Shown in pieces: positions 35,546-47,334 of a stretch of 47,334 nucleotides of DNA (position 1 is the first letter of the stretch; every line of letters starts with the position of its first letter). Position numbers and translations under genes: made by a program. Under the pieces are notes generated by a model, which ran no database searches, had not been told where the DNA came from, and saw nothing but the letters and a program-made list of their open reading frames with translations. Origin of the DNA: Nitrosomonadales bacterium (GTDB lineage: Bacteria > Pseudomonadota > Gammaproteobacteria > Burkholderiales > Methylophilaceae). The stretch lies in assembly GCA_038147655.1 (NCBI GenBank), contig JAYQUI010000001.1, forward strand, positions 1-47,334, written 5' to 3'.

Positions 35546-36397
35546 ATGGATAGACATCAGATCCCAAAAATCTTAAATTTTTCAGCAACTGATCCATCGG
35601 GAGGGGCTGGAATGAATGCCGATATAATGACACAAACGAGTTTAGGATGTCATCCTTTGTCTGTTGTTACTGGAGTTACTGTTCAGGATACTAAGGGGGT
35701 TGATTATGTTAGTCCAATTGATGCTGAAATAGTGAATGATCAAGCAAGAAAAATTCTCAAAGACTCAGATATTGATGTGATTAAATGTGGATTATTGTGC
35801 AGTACAGAGAATATTGTAATGTTATCTCAAATCACAGCTGATTTTCCCCAGATCCCAGTGATTTTAGATCCAATTATTACATCAGGCATGGGAGATCAGC
35901 TATCAACTCAGGATATGCTTGAAAGCATGCTAGAACTTTTATTTCCAAAGGCAACATTGATTACTCCGAATATCAATGAAGCAAGAATTTTATCCTCCTT
36001 TAATCAGAAAAATAAACAGTCAATTGATGTTGATCAAATTGCATTAAGATTGATGGCAACCGGTTGTCAGAATATTTTAATCACTGGCGGTGATGACATC
36101 ACTAAATCAATAGTAAATCGATTTTATAACTCACAAAATAAAAATGAACCAAAAATTTTTCATTGGGAGCGTATTCCCGGTTCATTCCATGGAACAGGTT
36201 GTACTTTAGCATCTTCAATTGCTGTCTTTGTTGCACAGGGTTTTAGTATTGATGATGCAGTTCAAGAGGCTCAACAATATACTTGGGATACGCTCAGGTT
36301 TGCCTTCCAGTCTGGAAAAGGCCAGATGACACCCAATCGGTTTTATTGGATGTTTAATGAGTCAGATGAGGGAAATGATGAACCCCAGCATCATTAA
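35546..36397 (+). CDS. thiD: Hydroxymethylpyrimidine/phosphomethylpyrimidine kinase
   Basis: DPSGGAGMNAD, TVQDT, ITPN..EA, HGTGCTLAS; thiD-thiE-hemL order. Confidence 0.92.
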   Translation: MDRHQIPKILNFSATDPSGGAGMNADIMTQTSLGCHPLSVVTGVTVQDTKGVDYVSPIDAEIVNDQARKILKDSDIDVIKCGLLCSTENIVMLSQITADFPQIPVILDPIITSGMGDQLSTQDMLESMLELLFPKATLITPNINEARILSSFNQKNKQSIDVDQIALRLMATGCQNILITGGDDITKSIVNRFYNSQNKNEPKIFHWERIPGSFHGTGCTLASSIAVFVAQGFSIDDAVQEAQQYTWDTLRFAFQSGKGQMTPNRFYWMFNESDEGNDEPQHH

Positions 36398-37007
36398 CGG
36401 AATTTATGCAATTACACCAGATTGGCATGATACAAAGAAATTGGTTGCCAAAACGGATGAAATTTTATCAAATAAAATTAACCTATTACAGTATCGTAAT
36501 AAAAAAGCTAACAAGCAATTAAAGATGACACAGGCCAAAGAGCTTCAGGCACTTTGCCATCGTTATCAAGTCCCATTTATAATTAATGATGATTATGAAT
36601 TATGTAGTATTTTAAATGCAGATGGAATCCATTTAGGAAAAGATGACATCACAATCGAAGAAGTTAGGGATAAGTTAGGAAAAAAAACTATTGTTGGCAT
36701 ATCCTGTTACAACGATGTCGAAAGAGTCAATGAAATGATGAGAACAAGTTGTGACTATATAGCCTTGGGAGCTTGCTTCCCAACAAAAACAAAACCAAAC
36801 GCACCGCATGCCTCATTAAATTTTCTGGAACAAGTGGTTGAAACTTCAATTAAGCCTGTTGTTGCAATTGGTGGGATTAATTTGGATAATTGTAGCCCAG
36901 TCATCAATAGCGGTGTTGATGCGATTGCAATGATCAATGCACTTTATTCGACTGATAAAGTCTCAGACAAAATATTGGAAATCAAAAGAAAGTTTAGAAA
37001 TGAATAA
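36375..37007 (+). CDS. thiE: Thiamine-phosphate synthase
   Basis: [43 protein letters not shown]; start moved to the ATG after GAGGG. Confidence 0.95.
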   Translation: MMNPSIINGIYAITPDWHDTKKLVAKTDEILSNKINLLQYRNKKANKQLKMTQAKELQALCHRYQVPFIINDDYELCSILNADGIHLGKDDITIEEVRDKLGKKTIVGISCYNDVERVNEMMRTSCDYIALGACFPTKTKPNAPHASLNFLEQVVETSIKPVVAIGGINLDNCSPVINSGVDAIAMINALYSTDKVSDKILEIKRKFRNE

Positions 37008-38277
37008 AAATATCGACCTCTTTAATGAATCCCAACACTATATTCCAGGTGGTGTGAACTCCCCTGTGAGGGCTTTCGGGTCGGTTGGAGGCACGCCAAT
37101 ATTTTTTAAATCTGCAAAAGGATCAAAATTATGGGATGAAGAAGGAAATGAATATATTGACTATATTAATTCCTGGGGCCCAATGATTTTAGGACATGCT
37201 CATCCTGAAGTGATTAGGGCTGTCCAAGATGTTGCACAAGACAGTCTATCTTTTGGAGCCCCCACAGCCCGAGAGCTTTCAATGGCAAAGGAGATTGTAA
37301 AAATAGTTCCGTCTATTGAGCAAGTTCGCTTAGTGAGCTCAGGCACTGAGGCCACCATGAGTGCAATCCGAGTGGCGCGTGGGTTTACCGGTCGAGATAA
37401 GATTGTAAAGTTTGAAGGCTGTTATCACGGCCATGCAGATGCTCTGCTAGTCAAAGCGGGCTCAGGAGCACTCACCTTTGGGCAGCCAAGTTCTGCTGGG
37501 GTGCCAGTTGATGTTGCTAAAGATACATTAACCTTAAGCTATAACAATGTGGAAGAATTGCAACAGCTGTTTGATCAGCAAGGAGATGAAATTGCCTGTG
37601 TCATTCTCGAGCCGGTGGTGGGAAATATGAATTTGATTGTGCCATCGGAAGAATTTTTAAACACTCTGCGAAGTGTCACAGAAAAACATGGAGCAGTGTT
37701 GATCTTTGATGAGGTGATGACTGGTTTTAGAGTCTCACTGGGCGGTGCTCAAGAGCTTTTTGGTATTACCCCTGATATGACCACCCTAGGTAAAGTGATC
37801 GGAGGAGGTTTGCCGGTAGGAGCCTTTGGTGGGCGCAAAGAGATCATGCAAAAATTAGCTCCTTTGGGACCAGTCTATCAAGCCGGAACGTTATCAGGTA
37901 ACCCGGTGGCTGTAGCTGCAGGATTAAAAACAATTGAACTCATTCAAGCCAAAGGTTTCTTTGAATCTTTATCTAAACAGACTAAAAAATTAACAGACGG
38001 ATTAACTGAAGCAGCAAAAGAACTAGGAATTAAATTTTGTGCACGCAATGTGGGCGGAATGTTTGGTCTCTATTTTAGTGAACAACCTCCTAACTCATTT
38101 CAAGATGTGATGGCATCAGATCGTGAAAAATTTAATGCATTTTTCCATGAAATGTTAAGCCAAGGAATCTACTTTGGGCCATCCGCATTTGAAGCTGGTT
38201 TTGTCTCGGCACAACATTCAGATGAGGACATTAATTTCACCATCGAATGTGCTAAAAAAGCATTTCAAAAAATCTAA
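37000..38277 (+). CDS. hemL: Glutamate-1-semialdehyde 2,1-aminomutase
   Basis: [52 protein letters not shown]; probable ATG at 37000. Confidence 0.97.
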   Translation: MNKNIDLFNESQHYIPGGVNSPVRAFGSVGGTPIFFKSAKGSKLWDEEGNEYIDYINSWGPMILGHAHPEVIRAVQDVAQDSLSFGAPTARELSMAKEIVKIVPSIEQVRLVSSGTEATMSAIRVARGFTGRDKIVKFEGCYHGHADALLVKAGSGALTFGQPSSAGVPVDVAKDTLTLSYNNVEELQQLFDQQGDEIACVILEPVVGNMNLIVPSEEFLNTLRSVTEKHGAVLIFDEVMTGFRVSLGGAQELFGITPDMTTLGKVIGGGLPVGAFGGRKEIMQKLAPLGPVYQAGTLSGNPVAVAAGLKTIELIQAKGFFESLSKQTKKLTDGLTEAAKELGIKFCARNVGGMFGLYFSEQPPNSFQDVMASDREKFNAFFHEMLSQGIYFGPSAFEAGFVSAQHSDEDINFTIECAKKAFQKI

Positions 38278-38306
38278 ACTAAACCCGAATAAATCCCTCA
38301 TAACCA

Positions 38307-38335
38307 TTGAATTTACTGGATAAAACCAGTATTAT
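38307..38335 (+). promoter_or_regulatory. Sigma70-type promoter for gltBD with a palindrome in the spacer
   Basis: TTGAAT (38307-38312), 17 bp, TATTAT (38330-38335); TACTGG-N6-CCAGTA at 38314-38331. Confidence 0.55.
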
Positions 38336-38373
38336 TGTTGGTTCGGCTCATTTAAAACAACAGATAAAAAGTT

Positions 38374-41300
38374 ATGGCAAAAAAATCAAATTTTGAGAAG
38401 CAAGGTCTTTATAATCCATCCAATGAACATGATGCTTGTGGCGTTGGTTTTGTAGCAAATATTCATGGCAAGAAAAGTCATGAGATTGTTGCACAGGGCC
38501 TAACCATTTTAGACAACCTCACCCATCGAGGAGCGACGGGATACGATCCAAAACTCGGTGACGGTGCTGGTCTGTTAAGTCAAATACCTCATAAATTTTT
38601 CTTAGCCGAAGCCAATGAAGCCGGATTTAAATTGCCAGAATTTGGCCATTATGGCATTGGAATGTTATTCCTGCCCCAAGATGACACACTCCGAAATGAA
38701 GTGGAGACCCTTATTGAAAAAATAGTGGAACAAGAGGGACAAATGACTCTAGGCTGGAGAGATGTCCCAGTGGATAATTCTGATATCGCGGATGCTGCCA
38801 AAGATGTTGAGCCTGTCATTAAACAAATTTTTATTCAAAGAAGTGATGAGTGTGACAAACAGACAACCTTTGAACGAAAACTGTTTGTGATTCGAAAAAG
38901 AATTGAAATTGCTGTTAATAAACTGAATCCTGAAGATAGCGCTAAGTTTTACATTCCATCGATGTCATCCAGAACTATCGTCTACAAGGGTATGTTGTTA
39001 GCGGCGGAAGTCGGTGTTTACTTTAAAGACTTATTAGATAAAAAATTCACCTCAGCCATTGCACTAGTTCATCAACGTTTTTCAACAAACACTTTTCCTT
39101 CCTGGGATCTTGCCCATCCTTTTAGAATGATTGCGCACAATGGAGAAATTAATACGGTTCAGGGGAATGTGAATTGGATGCATGCACGACATGAGACCAT
39201 GAAGTCGATGTTGCTCGGTGAGGATTTAGAAAAACTATGGCCGTTAATCGAAGATGGTCAATCTGACTCAGCCTGTTTTGATAATTGTTTAGAACTCCTC
39301 GTTGCTGGTGGGTATAGTTTGCCGCATGCCATGATGATGTTAATTCCTGAGGCCTGGGCCGGTAATCCACTTATGGACAAGGAAAGAAAAGCATTTTATG
39401 AATATCATGCAGCACTGATGGAGCCGTGGGATGGACCTGCAGCAGTGGCTTTTACTGATGGCCAAATGATTGGAGCCACACTTGATCGAAATGGATTACG
39501 ACCAGCAAGATATTTGATGACGGATGATGGGGTGGTGATGATGGCATCCGAGATGGGTGTACTTACTTTCCCGGAAGAGAAAATTGTTAAAAAATGGCGA
39601 CTAGAGCCTGGCAAGATGTTGTTAATTGATACCGATGCCGGTCGGGTGATTGACGATCAGGAAGTTAAAAAACTTCTATCTTCTGCAAAACCTTACGAAA
39701 AATGGATTAATGATTCAAGATTTTTCCTTGGAGATTTGGATAAGGTTGAGGAATCGCAAACCATGTCTCAACCAATCTTAGATATCCAGCAAAGTTTTGG
39801 CTATTCTCAAGAGGACATCAAATTTATCTTACAGCCAATGTTTGAGTCTGGTCAGGAAGCATCAGGATCAATGGGAAATGATGCTGCTCTTCCAGTGTTA
39901 TCTAATAAAGCAAAATCTTTATATAACTATTTCAAACAATTGTTTGCACAAGTTACGAATCCACCAATTGATCCGATCAGAGAAGAGATCGTGATGTCAT
40001 TGGTGACTTTTATTGGACCAAAACCAAACCTTTTAGGTATTGAAGAAACCAATCCTCCATGGCGCCTTGAAGCAAGCCAACCTGTGTTGAGTCTTCAGGA
40101 ATTAGAGCAATTAAAATCAATTGAACAGCTAACTAATGGGCACTTCAAATCAAAAGTGATTGATATCACTTACGAAAAATCAATGGCAGAAAATGCCGAA
40201 TCAAGAATGCAACAGGCCTTAGAAAATGTTTGTCAAGAAGCAAATAAAGCCATTAGTGATGGATTTAATATCTTAATTTTATCTGACCGAAATATGTCTA
40301 ATGATCGGATTGCTATCCCAGCACTTTTAGCTTCCTCTGCAACACACGAATTTTTAGTGCATGAAGGCAATAGAACAAAAACTGGGTTGGTCGTAGATAC
40401 CGGATCTGCAAGAGAGGTCCATCATTTTGCATTACTCGGTGGTTACGGTGCTGAAGCAATATGTCCATGGCTTGTGTTTGAGACCATGAAAGAAATTACG
40501 GATGATGCTGATCAAGCGCAAACTAATTTTATAAAGGCAGTTGGTAAAGGCTTATATAAAATCATGTCGAAGATGGGTATTTCTACATTCCAATCTTATT
40601 GTGGAGCACAAATTTTTGAAGCAATCGGTTTAAATTCAAAATTTATTGAAAAATACTTTACTGGCACAACAACAAATATTGAAGGAATTGGTTTAGCTGA
40701 AGTTTCTGCAGAAGCTGAAAAATTACATAGTGATGCATTTGGAAATGATCCTGTTCTAGCCAATGCGCTTGATGCTGGCGGTGAGTATGCCTTCAGAATT
40801 CGTGGTGAGCAACACATGTGGAATCCAGAATCCATCGCAAAATTGCAGCACGCCACTCGAAAAAAAGATTTTCAAACGTATAAAGAATATGCCGAATTGA
40901 TTAACAATCAATCCGAGAGATTCATGACCTTAAGAGGTTTATTCCAATTTAAGTCCCCCAATAAATCAATTTCTATTGATGACGTTGAGCCAGCTACTGA
41001 AATTGTTAAACGGTTTGCAACTGGTGCCATGTCATTAGGCTCGATCTCAACTGAAGCACATACGACGCTTGCTATCGCGATGAATCGTATTGGTGGTAAA
41101 TCTAACACGGGCGAAGGCGGTGAGGATAAGAAAAGGTTTATACCGCTGACTAAGGATTCCAGCTTGGAAGAAATGTTTGGTAAAGATTTAATTGAGGCAA
41201 ATATTCAGCTTAAAAAAGGGGACTCTTTACGGTCTAAAATTAAACAAGTTGCTTCCGGTCGTTTTGGAGTAACAGCTGAATATCTAGCGGCAGCAGATCA

Positions 41301-42999
41301 AATTCAAATTAAAATGGCCCAGGGTGCTAAGCCTGGTGAGGGCGGTCAACTTCCAGGCCATAAGGTGAGTCCGTACATTGCACAGTTAAGATTCTCTGTT
41401 CCAGGTGTTGGCTTAATTTCACCTCCACCCCACCATGATATTTACTCTATTGAGGATTTGGCTCAGTTAATTCATGACTTAAAAAATGCCAACCCACAGG
41501 CTGATATATCAGTTAAGTTAGTGTCTGAAACTGGGGTCGGTACCGTTGCAGCTGGAGTGGCTAAAGCAAAATCAGACCACATTGTGATCGCTGGTCATGA
41601 TGGAGGTACTGGCGCTTCACCACTTTCATCGATCAAGCATGCAGGTACTCCATGGGAGCTTGGGCTAGCAGAAACACAACAAACTCTTGTGCTTAATAAA
41701 TTACGAAGCCGTGTCATTTTACAAGTAGATGGCCAAATGAAGACCGGACGAGATGTTGTCATTGGAGCACTATTGGGTGCTGACGAATTTGGTTTTGCTA
41801 CTGCACCATTAGTGGTGGAAGGATGCATTATGATGAGAAAATGTCATTTGAATACATGCCCTGTGGGCGTGGCGACTCAAGACCCTGAGTTGAGAAAAAG
41901 GTTTACAGGCCAACCAGACCATGTAGTCAATTTCTTCTTCTTTATTGCTGAAGAGGTGAGAGAAATTATGGCTGAATTGGGTGTTAAAAATTTCAATGAT
42001 CTCATTGGTCGTTCAGACCTTTTAGACATGCAGGCTGGTATTAATCACTGGAAAATACATGGTCTAGATTTTACAAAAATCTTCTATCGCCCAGAATTAT
42101 CAGACGAGGTTGGGACATATCATCAAGAAACTCAAGATCACGGCCTAGACAAGGCACTTGATCATGAACTGATTAAACAAGCAAAAGATGCGATTGAAAA
42201 TAAAGGTTCTTGTGTCATCAATACCCCAATTACCAATATTAATCGAACCGCTGGTACGCTTCTATCTCACGAGATTGCAAAAAGATATGGCAATGACGGA
42301 CTTCCTGAAGACTCAATTCAAGTGAATTTATCTGGAACCGCCGGGCAAAGCTTTGGAGCTTTTTTAGCAAAAGGCATTACATTTAATTTAGAGGGTGAAG
42401 GTAATGACTATGTTGGCAAGGGCTTGTGTGGTGGAAAAATTGTCATCAAACCTCCGAAAACTTTCAATGCAAAAGCATCTGAAAATATCATTGTAGGCAA
42501 TACAGTGATGTATGGTGCGACATCTGGCAAAACATTTTTCAGTGGGGTAGCTGGGGAAAGATTCTGTGTTAGAAATTCTGGAGCTAGCGCTGTAGTTGAA
42601 GGTGTTGGTAATCACGGTTGTGAATATATGACTGGCGGAACAGTAGCCGTTCTTGGACCGACAGGTCAAAACTTCGCGGCCGGTATGTCAGGCGGTGTAG
42701 CTTATATATTTGATGTGAGTAAGACGTTTGAAGCCAATTGCAATAAATCGATGGTCACGTTAGAAAAAGTTTTACCAGCGAATTCACAACCGAGTGAAGC
42801 TCAACATTTAAATCAACCAGATGAAGTGATCTTAAAGACCTTAGTTAGTGATCATTTGAAATATACCAATAGTGAAGTGGCAAAACATATTCTTGATAAT
42901 TGGGATGATATGTTGAATCATTTTGTAAAAGTCATGCCAAATGAATATCGAAGAGCTCTTAATGAGCTGCAAGAAAAAACGAATAAGGAAACAGTGTAA
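38374..42999 (+). CDS. gltB: Glutamate synthase large subunit
   Basis: EHDACGVG (catalytic Cys), [34 protein letters not shown], 1541 aa. Confidence 0.99.
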   Translation: MAKKSNFEKQGLYNPSNEHDACGVGFVANIHGKKSHEIVAQGLTILDNLTHRGATGYDPKLGDGAGLLSQIPHKFFLAEANEAGFKLPEFGHYGIGMLFLPQDDTLRNEVETLIEKIVEQEGQMTLGWRDVPVDNSDIADAAKDVEPVIKQIFIQRSDECDKQTTFERKLFVIRKRIEIAVNKLNPEDSAKFYIPSMSSRTIVYKGMLLAAEVGVYFKDLLDKKFTSAIALVHQRFSTNTFPSWDLAHPFRMIAHNGEINTVQGNVNWMHARHETMKSMLLGEDLEKLWPLIEDGQSDSACFDNCLELLVAGGYSLPHAMMMLIPEAWAGNPLMDKERKAFYEYHAALMEPWDGPAAVAFTDGQMIGATLDRNGLRPARYLMTDDGVVMMASEMGVLTFPEEKIVKKWRLEPGKMLLIDTDAGRVIDDQEVKKLLSSAKPYEKWINDSRFFLGDLDKVEESQTMSQPILDIQQSFGYSQEDIKFILQPMFESGQEASGSMGNDAALPVLSNKAKSLYNYFKQLFAQVTNPPIDPIREEIVMSLVTFIGPKPNLLGIEETNPPWRLEASQPVLSLQELEQLKSIEQLTNGHFKSKVIDITYEKSMAENAESRMQQALENVCQEANKAISDGFNILILSDRNMSNDRIAIPALLASSATHEFLVHEGNRTKTGLVVDTGSAREVHHFALLGGYGAEAICPWLVFETMKEITDDADQAQTNFIKAVGKGLYKIMSKMGISTFQSYCGAQIFEAIGLNSKFIEKYFTGTTTNIEGIGLAEVSAEAEKLHSDAFGNDPVLANALDAGGEYAFRIRGEQHMWNPESIAKLQHATRKKDFQTYKEYAELINNQSERFMTLRGLFQFKSPNKSISIDDVEPATEIVKRFATGAMSLGSISTEAHTTLAIAMNRIGGKSNTGEGGEDKKRFIPLTKDSSLEEMFGKDLIEANIQLKKGDSLRSKIKQVASGRFGVTAEYLAAADQIQIKMAQGAKPGEGGQLPGHKVSPYIAQLRFSVPGVGLISPPPHHDIYSIEDLAQLIHDLKNANPQADISVKLVSETGVGTVAAGVAKAKSDHIVIAGHDGGTGASPLSSIKHAGTPWELGLAETQQTLVLNKLRSRVILQVDGQMKTGRDVVIGALLGADEFGFATAPLVVEGCIMMRKCHLNTCPVGVATQDPELRKRFTGQPDHVVNFFFFIAEEVREIMAELGVKNFNDLIGRSDLLDMQAGINHWKIHGLDFTKIFYRPELSDEVGTYHQETQDHGLDKALDHELIKQAKDAIENKGSCVINTPITNINRTAGTLLSHEIAKRYGNDGLPEDSIQVNLSGTAGQSFGAFLAKGITFNLEGEGNDYVGKGLCGGKIVIKPPKTFNAKASENIIVGNTVMYGATSGKTFFSGVAGERFCVRNSGASAVVEGVGNHGCEYMTGGTVAVLGPTGQNFAAGMSGGVAYIFDVSKTFEANCNKSMVTLEKVLPANSQPSEAQHLNQPDEVILKTLVSDHLKYTNSEVAKHILDNWDDMLNHFVKVMPNEYRRALNELQEKTNKETV

Positions 43000-44426
43000 T
43001 GGGTAAAGCAACAGGATTTTTAGAGTTTGATAGGCTATCTGAACAAAATATTCCTCCTCATGAAAGAGTGAAGAATTATAAAGAGTTTGTTCTGCACTTA
43101 ACGGATGAAGAAGCCAAAGTCCAAGGCGCTCGATGTATGGATTGCGGGATCCCTTTTTGTAATAATGGATGTCCTGTAAATAATATTATTCCTGACTGGA
43201 ATGATCTGGTGTATCGCCAAAATTGGGAAGAAGCAATCAAGGTGCTTCATTCTACAAATAACTTTCCTGAGTTTACTGGAAGAATATGCCCAGCGCCATG
43301 TGAGGCTGCTTGTACCCTTAATATTAATTCCGATGCGGTTGGGATTAAATCAATTGAACATGCAATTATTGATAAAGCATGGGAGCTAGGCCTGGTAAAA
43401 CCTCAGGTAGCAGACAAGAAAACTGGTAAAAGAATTGCAATTGTTGGTTCTGGCCCAGCTGGTTTAGCTGCAGCACAACAATTAGCCCGTGCAGGCCACG
43501 ATGTGGATCTAATGGAAAAAAATGACCGCATTGGTGGACTCCTTCGATATGGAATCCCTGACTTTAAAATGGAAAAATCTCATATTGATCGACGAATGGA
43601 ACAGATGGCTGCTGAAGGGGTTAATTTTTTAACCAACCATAATGTCGGTGAAAACATTCATCCTGACGATTTAATTAAAGATTACGATGCGGTGATTTTA
43701 TCAGGTGGTGCTGAATGGCCAAGAGACCTACCAGTTCCTGGAAGAGAGCTTGAGGGAGTTCATTTTGCAATGGATTTTTTACCCTCTCAAAATAAAGTTG
43801 TTGCTGGGGACAAGTTATCAGAGCAAATTCTAGCAACAGATAAACACGTGGTGGTAATTGGCGGTGGCGATACTGGTTCAGATTGTGTTGGGACATCTAA
43901 TCGTCATGGTGCAAAATCAGTAACGCAATTTGAATTGATGCCACAGCCACCTGAAAAAGAAAATAAATCGATGGTGTGGCCATACTGGCCCCTTAAGTTG
44001 AGAACCTCAAGCTCACATGAAGAAGGTTGTGATCGTGACTGGTCTGTCGCCACCAAAGAATTGATTGGTGACAACGGCGTTGTAAAAGAATTGGTCGCTA
44101 GTCGAGTCGAATGGAAAGATGGAAAAATGGCTGAAATACCAAATTCAGAGTTCAGAATTAAAGCAGATCTTGTTTTATTGGCAATGGGTTTTGTTAGCCC
44201 CCAACAATCGATTCTTGAAAAATTTGGTGTTGACAAAGATGCTCGTGGCAATGTTAAGGCAGATACTGAAGGGAAAAAAGCTTACTTCACTTCTCGAGAT
44301 AAAGTGTTTGCAGCTGGGGACATGAGAAGAGGTCAGTCGTTAGTTGTATGGGCAATTCGTGAAGGTAGACAATGTGCGCATGCGGTTGATGAATACCTCA
44401 TGGGAAGCACCTCGCTACCTAGATAA
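42999..44426 (+). CDS. gltD: Glutamate synthase small subunit
   Basis: [46 protein letters not shown]. Confidence 0.98.
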   Translation: MGKATGFLEFDRLSEQNIPPHERVKNYKEFVLHLTDEEAKVQGARCMDCGIPFCNNGCPVNNIIPDWNDLVYRQNWEEAIKVLHSTNNFPEFTGRICPAPCEAACTLNINSDAVGIKSIEHAIIDKAWELGLVKPQVADKKTGKRIAIVGSGPAGLAAAQQLARAGHDVDLMEKNDRIGGLLRYGIPDFKMEKSHIDRRMEQMAAEGVNFLTNHNVGENIHPDDLIKDYDAVILSGGAEWPRDLPVPGRELEGVHFAMDFLPSQNKVVAGDKLSEQILATDKHVVVIGGGDTGSDCVGTSNRHGAKSVTQFELMPQPPEKENKSMVWPYWPLKLRTSSSHEEGCDRDWSVATKELIGDNGVVKELVASRVEWKDGKMAEIPNSEFRIKADLVLLAMGFVSPQQSILEKFGVDKDARGNVKADTEGKKAYFTSRDKVFAAGDMRRGQSLVVWAIREGRQCAHAVDEYLMGSTSLPR

Positions 44427-44431
44427 TCATC

Positions 44432-45487
44432 ATGAATCTATTAAATGATTCATTTCTTAAGACATTAAGACTTGAAAAGACATCCTACACTCCTGCATGG
44501 ATAATGAGGCAAGCAGGCCGCTACCTACCTGAATATAGAGACACTCGAAAAAATGCTGGGTCTTTTATGGATCTTTGTCGAAATACATCTTTTGCTACTG
44601 AAGTCACCATGCAGCCTTTAGAGCGTTATCCTCACTTAGATGCCGCTATTTTATTCTCTGATATTTTGACCATACCTGATGCAATGGATCTGGGATTAAA
44701 TTTTCTTCCTGGTGAGGGCCCTACGTTTTCAGACCCATTAATCGATGAATCATCCGTGCACAAACTCGACATTCCATCCATGGAAAAATTGTCTTATGTT
44801 TTTGATGCTGTTCGTTCAATTAAAGATGCATTGCAAAATAGAGTTCCCCTTATTGGATTTGCTGGCAGTCCATGGACTCTTGCGACATATATGGTTGAAG
44901 GTAAAGGTGGTACAGATTTTTTGAATGTAAAAAAAATGGCATATGAGCGTGATGACCTAATGCATCATATTCTAAAAATTAATGCGGAAACTGTTAGTCA
45001 GTATCTTGCTGAACAAATTAAGGCAGGGGCAGATGCAGTGATGATTTTTGATTCATGGGGTGGAGCATTAAGTCATTTGGAATATGAAAAATTATCATTG
45101 AATTACATGAAAGTCATTATAGATAACCTTAATATCCTTGGCTTTGGTGATGTGCCAAAAATAATATTCACCAAAGGCGGTGGACAATGGATAAATCAAC
45201 AATTAAAAGCTGGATCAAATGCAATAGGGCTCGATTGGCAAACCAGTTTAAAAACAGCTAGAGAACTAACTAAAGATAAAGTAGCGCTTCAAGGAAATAT
45301 GGACCCAGCAATCCTATTAGGTTCAGATAAGAAAATTGAAGACACGGTCAAATCAGTTATTGATGATTACGGCCATGGTGAAGGTCATATATTTAATCTT
45401 GGACATGGCATTACCCAATTCACTGATCCTGCTAAAGTGACATTAATGCTCGATGTGTTGAAAGAGTATAGTAAAAAATATCATTAA
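44432..45487 (+). CDS. hemE: Uroporphyrinogen decarboxylase
   Basis: [41 protein letters not shown]. Confidence 0.98.
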   Translation: MNLLNDSFLKTLRLEKTSYTPAWIMRQAGRYLPEYRDTRKNAGSFMDLCRNTSFATEVTMQPLERYPHLDAAILFSDILTIPDAMDLGLNFLPGEGPTFSDPLIDESSVHKLDIPSMEKLSYVFDAVRSIKDALQNRVPLIGFAGSPWTLATYMVEGKGGTDFLNVKKMAYERDDLMHHILKINAETVSQYLAEQIKAGADAVMIFDSWGGALSHLEYEKLSLNYMKVIIDNLNILGFGDVPKIIFTKGGGQWINQQLKAGSNAIGLDWQTSLKTARELTKDKVALQGNMDPAILLGSDKKIEDTVKSVIDDYGHGEGHIFNLGHGITQFTDPAKVTLMLDVLKEYSKKYH

Positions 45488-47046
45488 TGTTTTTTACCCT
45501 CTTCTATCCCAATCCCAGTAATGGATCGATAGAATTGTTCCTGAAATCCTTTTTTATCTTTTATTGCCTGACTTGATCGATCTGATAAAGATATAAAAAT
45601 AACAAAAAAGAATGTTGTAGTCATAGAGAACAAAGCTGGATACTTGTAAGGGAAAATGGCTTCACTAAAATGGAATACATCTACCCATACAACAGGACTT
45701 AGGATAACTAACGCAATTGTCACTAGAAGACCAATTAACCCACCAAAAAAAGCCCCCCTTGTTGTTAGATTCTTCCAGAACATGGATAAAAATATAATTG
45801 GAAAATTAGTACTGGCTGCGATAGCAAAAGCAAGCCCGACCATAAAAGCAATATTTTGCTTTTCAAATATGATGCCTAGAAAAATTGCCAAAATACCTAG
45901 AAAAATCGTTGCAATTCTAGAAACAAATAATTCTTTTTTCTCATTTTTGTTTGAAGAATTAATTACATTAGCATAAATATCATGAGATATGGCTGATGCA
46001 CCTGCCAAAGTTAATCCTGATACAACAGCCAAGATAGTAGCAAAGGCAACAGCAGAAATAAATCCAAGTAACACATCACCACCAACAGCATGAGCTAGGT
46101 GGATTGCAGCCATATTATTATTTCCAATCAGCCCACCATCAGGACTTAGATAGTCGGTATTAGAGCCAACGAGAATGATAGCTCCAAAGCCAATGATGAA
46201 GGTAAGGATATAAAAATATCCTATAAAGCCGGTAGCATAGACTACGGATTTTCTTGCCTGAATAGAGTCTTTTACTGTAAAAAAACGCATTAATATGTGT
46301 GGTAATCCTGCGGTACCAAACATAAGTGCTAAACCCAACGATATGGCAGAAATAGGATCCTTGATAAGGCCTCCCGGATTAAGTATTTTTGAGCCTAATT
46401 CATGATTATTCACTGCGGTAGAAAAAAAATGATTCAGGTTAAAATTAAATTGATATAAGACCAGAATAGAGATTAATGTCGCTCCAAAAAGAAGAAGTAC
46501 AGCCTTAATGATTTGAACCCAGGTTGTTGCAATCATTCCGCCAAACGTGACATATAAAATCATCAATCCACCAACAATATAAACAGCTAAATCATAAGGA
46601 AGGCCAAATAAGATTTGAATTAATTTTCCTGCACCAACCATTTGTGCGATCAGATAGAGGGATACGGTTGCTAGAGAGCCTAGTGCTGATAACGTTCTAA
46701 TGGGTCTTTGTTGAAGCCGATAAGAAGCGACATCTGCGAAGGTATATTTTCCTAAGTTTCTTAATGGCTCTGCGATTAATAAGAGAACTATAGGCCATCC
46801 TACTAAGAATCCAATTGAGTAAATCAGCCCATCAAAACCTGTTGCAAAGACAAGACCTGAGATCCCTAAAAAAGATGCAGCTGACATAAAATCACCTGAA
46901 ATGGCTAAGCCATTTTGAAATCCAGATATATTACCACCAGCCGTATAGAAAGAATCTCGGTTAGAGATTTGTTTCGCTGCCCAATAAGTAATATAAAGCG
47001 TTACAAACACAAAAAGCAAAAATAAACTAACAGCAATGATGTTCAT
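45484..47046 (-). CDS. actP: Cation/acetate symporter (sodium:solute symporter family)
   Basis: [59 protein letters not shown]. Confidence 0.95.
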   Translation of the reverse strand: MNIIAVSLFLLFVFVTLYITYWAAKQISNRDSFYTAGGNISGFQNGLAISGDFMSAASFLGISGLVFATGFDGLIYSIGFLVGWPIVLLLIAEPLRNLGKYTFADVASYRLQQRPIRTLSALGSLATVSLYLIAQMVGAGKLIQILFGLPYDLAVYIVGGLMILYVTFGGMIATTWVQIIKAVLLLFGATLISILVLYQFNFNLNHFFSTAVNNHELGSKILNPGGLIKDPISAISLGLALMFGTAGLPHILMRFFTVKDSIQARKSVVYATGFIGYFYILTFIIGFGAIILVGSNTDYLSPDGGLIGNNNMAAIHLAHAVGGDVLLGFISAVAFATILAVVSGLTLAGASAISHDIYANVINSSNKNEKKELFVSRIATIFLGILAIFLGIIFEKQNIAFMVGLAFAIAASTNFPIIFLSMFWKNLTTRGAFFGGLIGLLVTIALVILSPVVWVDVFHFSEAIFPYKYPALFSMTTTFFFVIFISLSDRSSQAIKDKKGFQEQFYRSITGIGIEEGKKH

Positions 47047-47281
47047 GACGTGATTTTTTTGATTTCTGGCTCTAAATATTTATTTGATAAAAATACATAT
47101 AAAAGAGTCACGATAAATATGATGAGAATTAATAAGAAACCAAAAACTATTCCATAAGAGATTGAGGAGTTAATAAATTGCTGACCTAAAAATTCAGGAA
47201 AATAAGCAATAAAAATAATAAATAAAAAGTAGGAGAATATGATTATAAATAAGAGAGGTATAACCATTTTCTTTTTGATAC
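47043..47281 (-). CDS. DUF485/YjcH-like small membrane partner of ActP, probably 5'-truncated at the contig end
   Basis: Two TMs, [13 protein letters not shown] and YV..SN..L pattern, 4-bp overlap with actP; frame stays open upstream of the ATG at 47267 up to the adapter. Confidence 0.75.
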
Positions 47282-47334
47282 CTGTCTATTATAAACATCT
47301 CCGAGCCCACGAGACATGCGCAGAAGGCGTATGA
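47282..47334 (+). other. Untrimmed Illumina Nextera adapter read-through (assembly artefact)
   Basis: 47282-47300 matches the mosaic end CTGTCTCTTATACACATCT at 17/19; 47301-47315 CCGAGCCCACGAGAC is exact; then an 8-nt index ATGCGCAG and a degraded P7 start. Confidence 0.97.

Noticed and set aside
38314-38331. LexA (SOS) box upstream of gltB
   Set aside because: Spacing is CTG-N8-CAG, whereas the beta/gammaproteobacterial LexA box is CTG-N10-CAG
1274-45976. Numerous 60-135 aa alternative-frame and antisense ORFs in the track (e.g. 1510-1911, 6200-6601, 43904-44251, 45656-45976)
   Set aside because: All lie within well-supported genes, show no recognisable motifs and are typical shadow ORFs
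47282-47300. Tn5/IS50 end suggesting a transposon
   Set aside because: Followed by the Nextera primer, index and P7 sequence; no transposase; library artefact
1-47334. tRNA, rRNA or riboswitch (e.g. TPP before thiD)
   Set aside because: Intergenic gaps are at most about 100 bp, and I saw no cloverleaf or TPP aptamer core (CTGAGA) upstream of thiD

Overview
Low-GC, very compact bacterial chromosome segment with many abutting or overlapping genes. The argS-SPOR-dsbA-SDR and thiD-thiE-hemL gene orders suggest a streamlined betaproteobacterium, possibly OM43/Methylophilaceae-like (inference, not checked by search). The flanks are housekeeping: the 3' end of an OxyR-like LysR gene, pntAa/pntAb/pntB, a CIO-type cydAB with an unlisted 30-aa third gene, SDR, dsbA, SPOR, argS and priA on the left; thiD, thiE, hemL, gltB, gltD, hemE, actP and a yjcH-like gene on the right. 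Between priA and thiD lies a ~24 kb accessory locus (about 11.7-35.5 kb), the best candidate for an undescribed system. It interleaves three parts. (i) A complete, divergent retractile type IV pilus: lipidated secretin, PilM-PilN fusion, PilO and PilP with insertions, PilB/C/T, prepilin peptidase, major pilin, and three oversized minor pilins with lectin/adhesin-like domains. (ii) A putative trans-envelope cAMP module: TPR plus beta-barrel outer-membrane protein, FecR-domain protein with a tandem-repeat linker, CHASE2 adenylate cyclase, and a class II phosphodiesterase-like gene at the far end. (iii) An RsbV/RsbW/RsbU-type partner switch with no sigma factor, wrapped around the major pilin gene. 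The last 53 bases are an untrimmed Illumina Nextera adapter, not genome. All domain calls are by eye from motifs; no searches were run.
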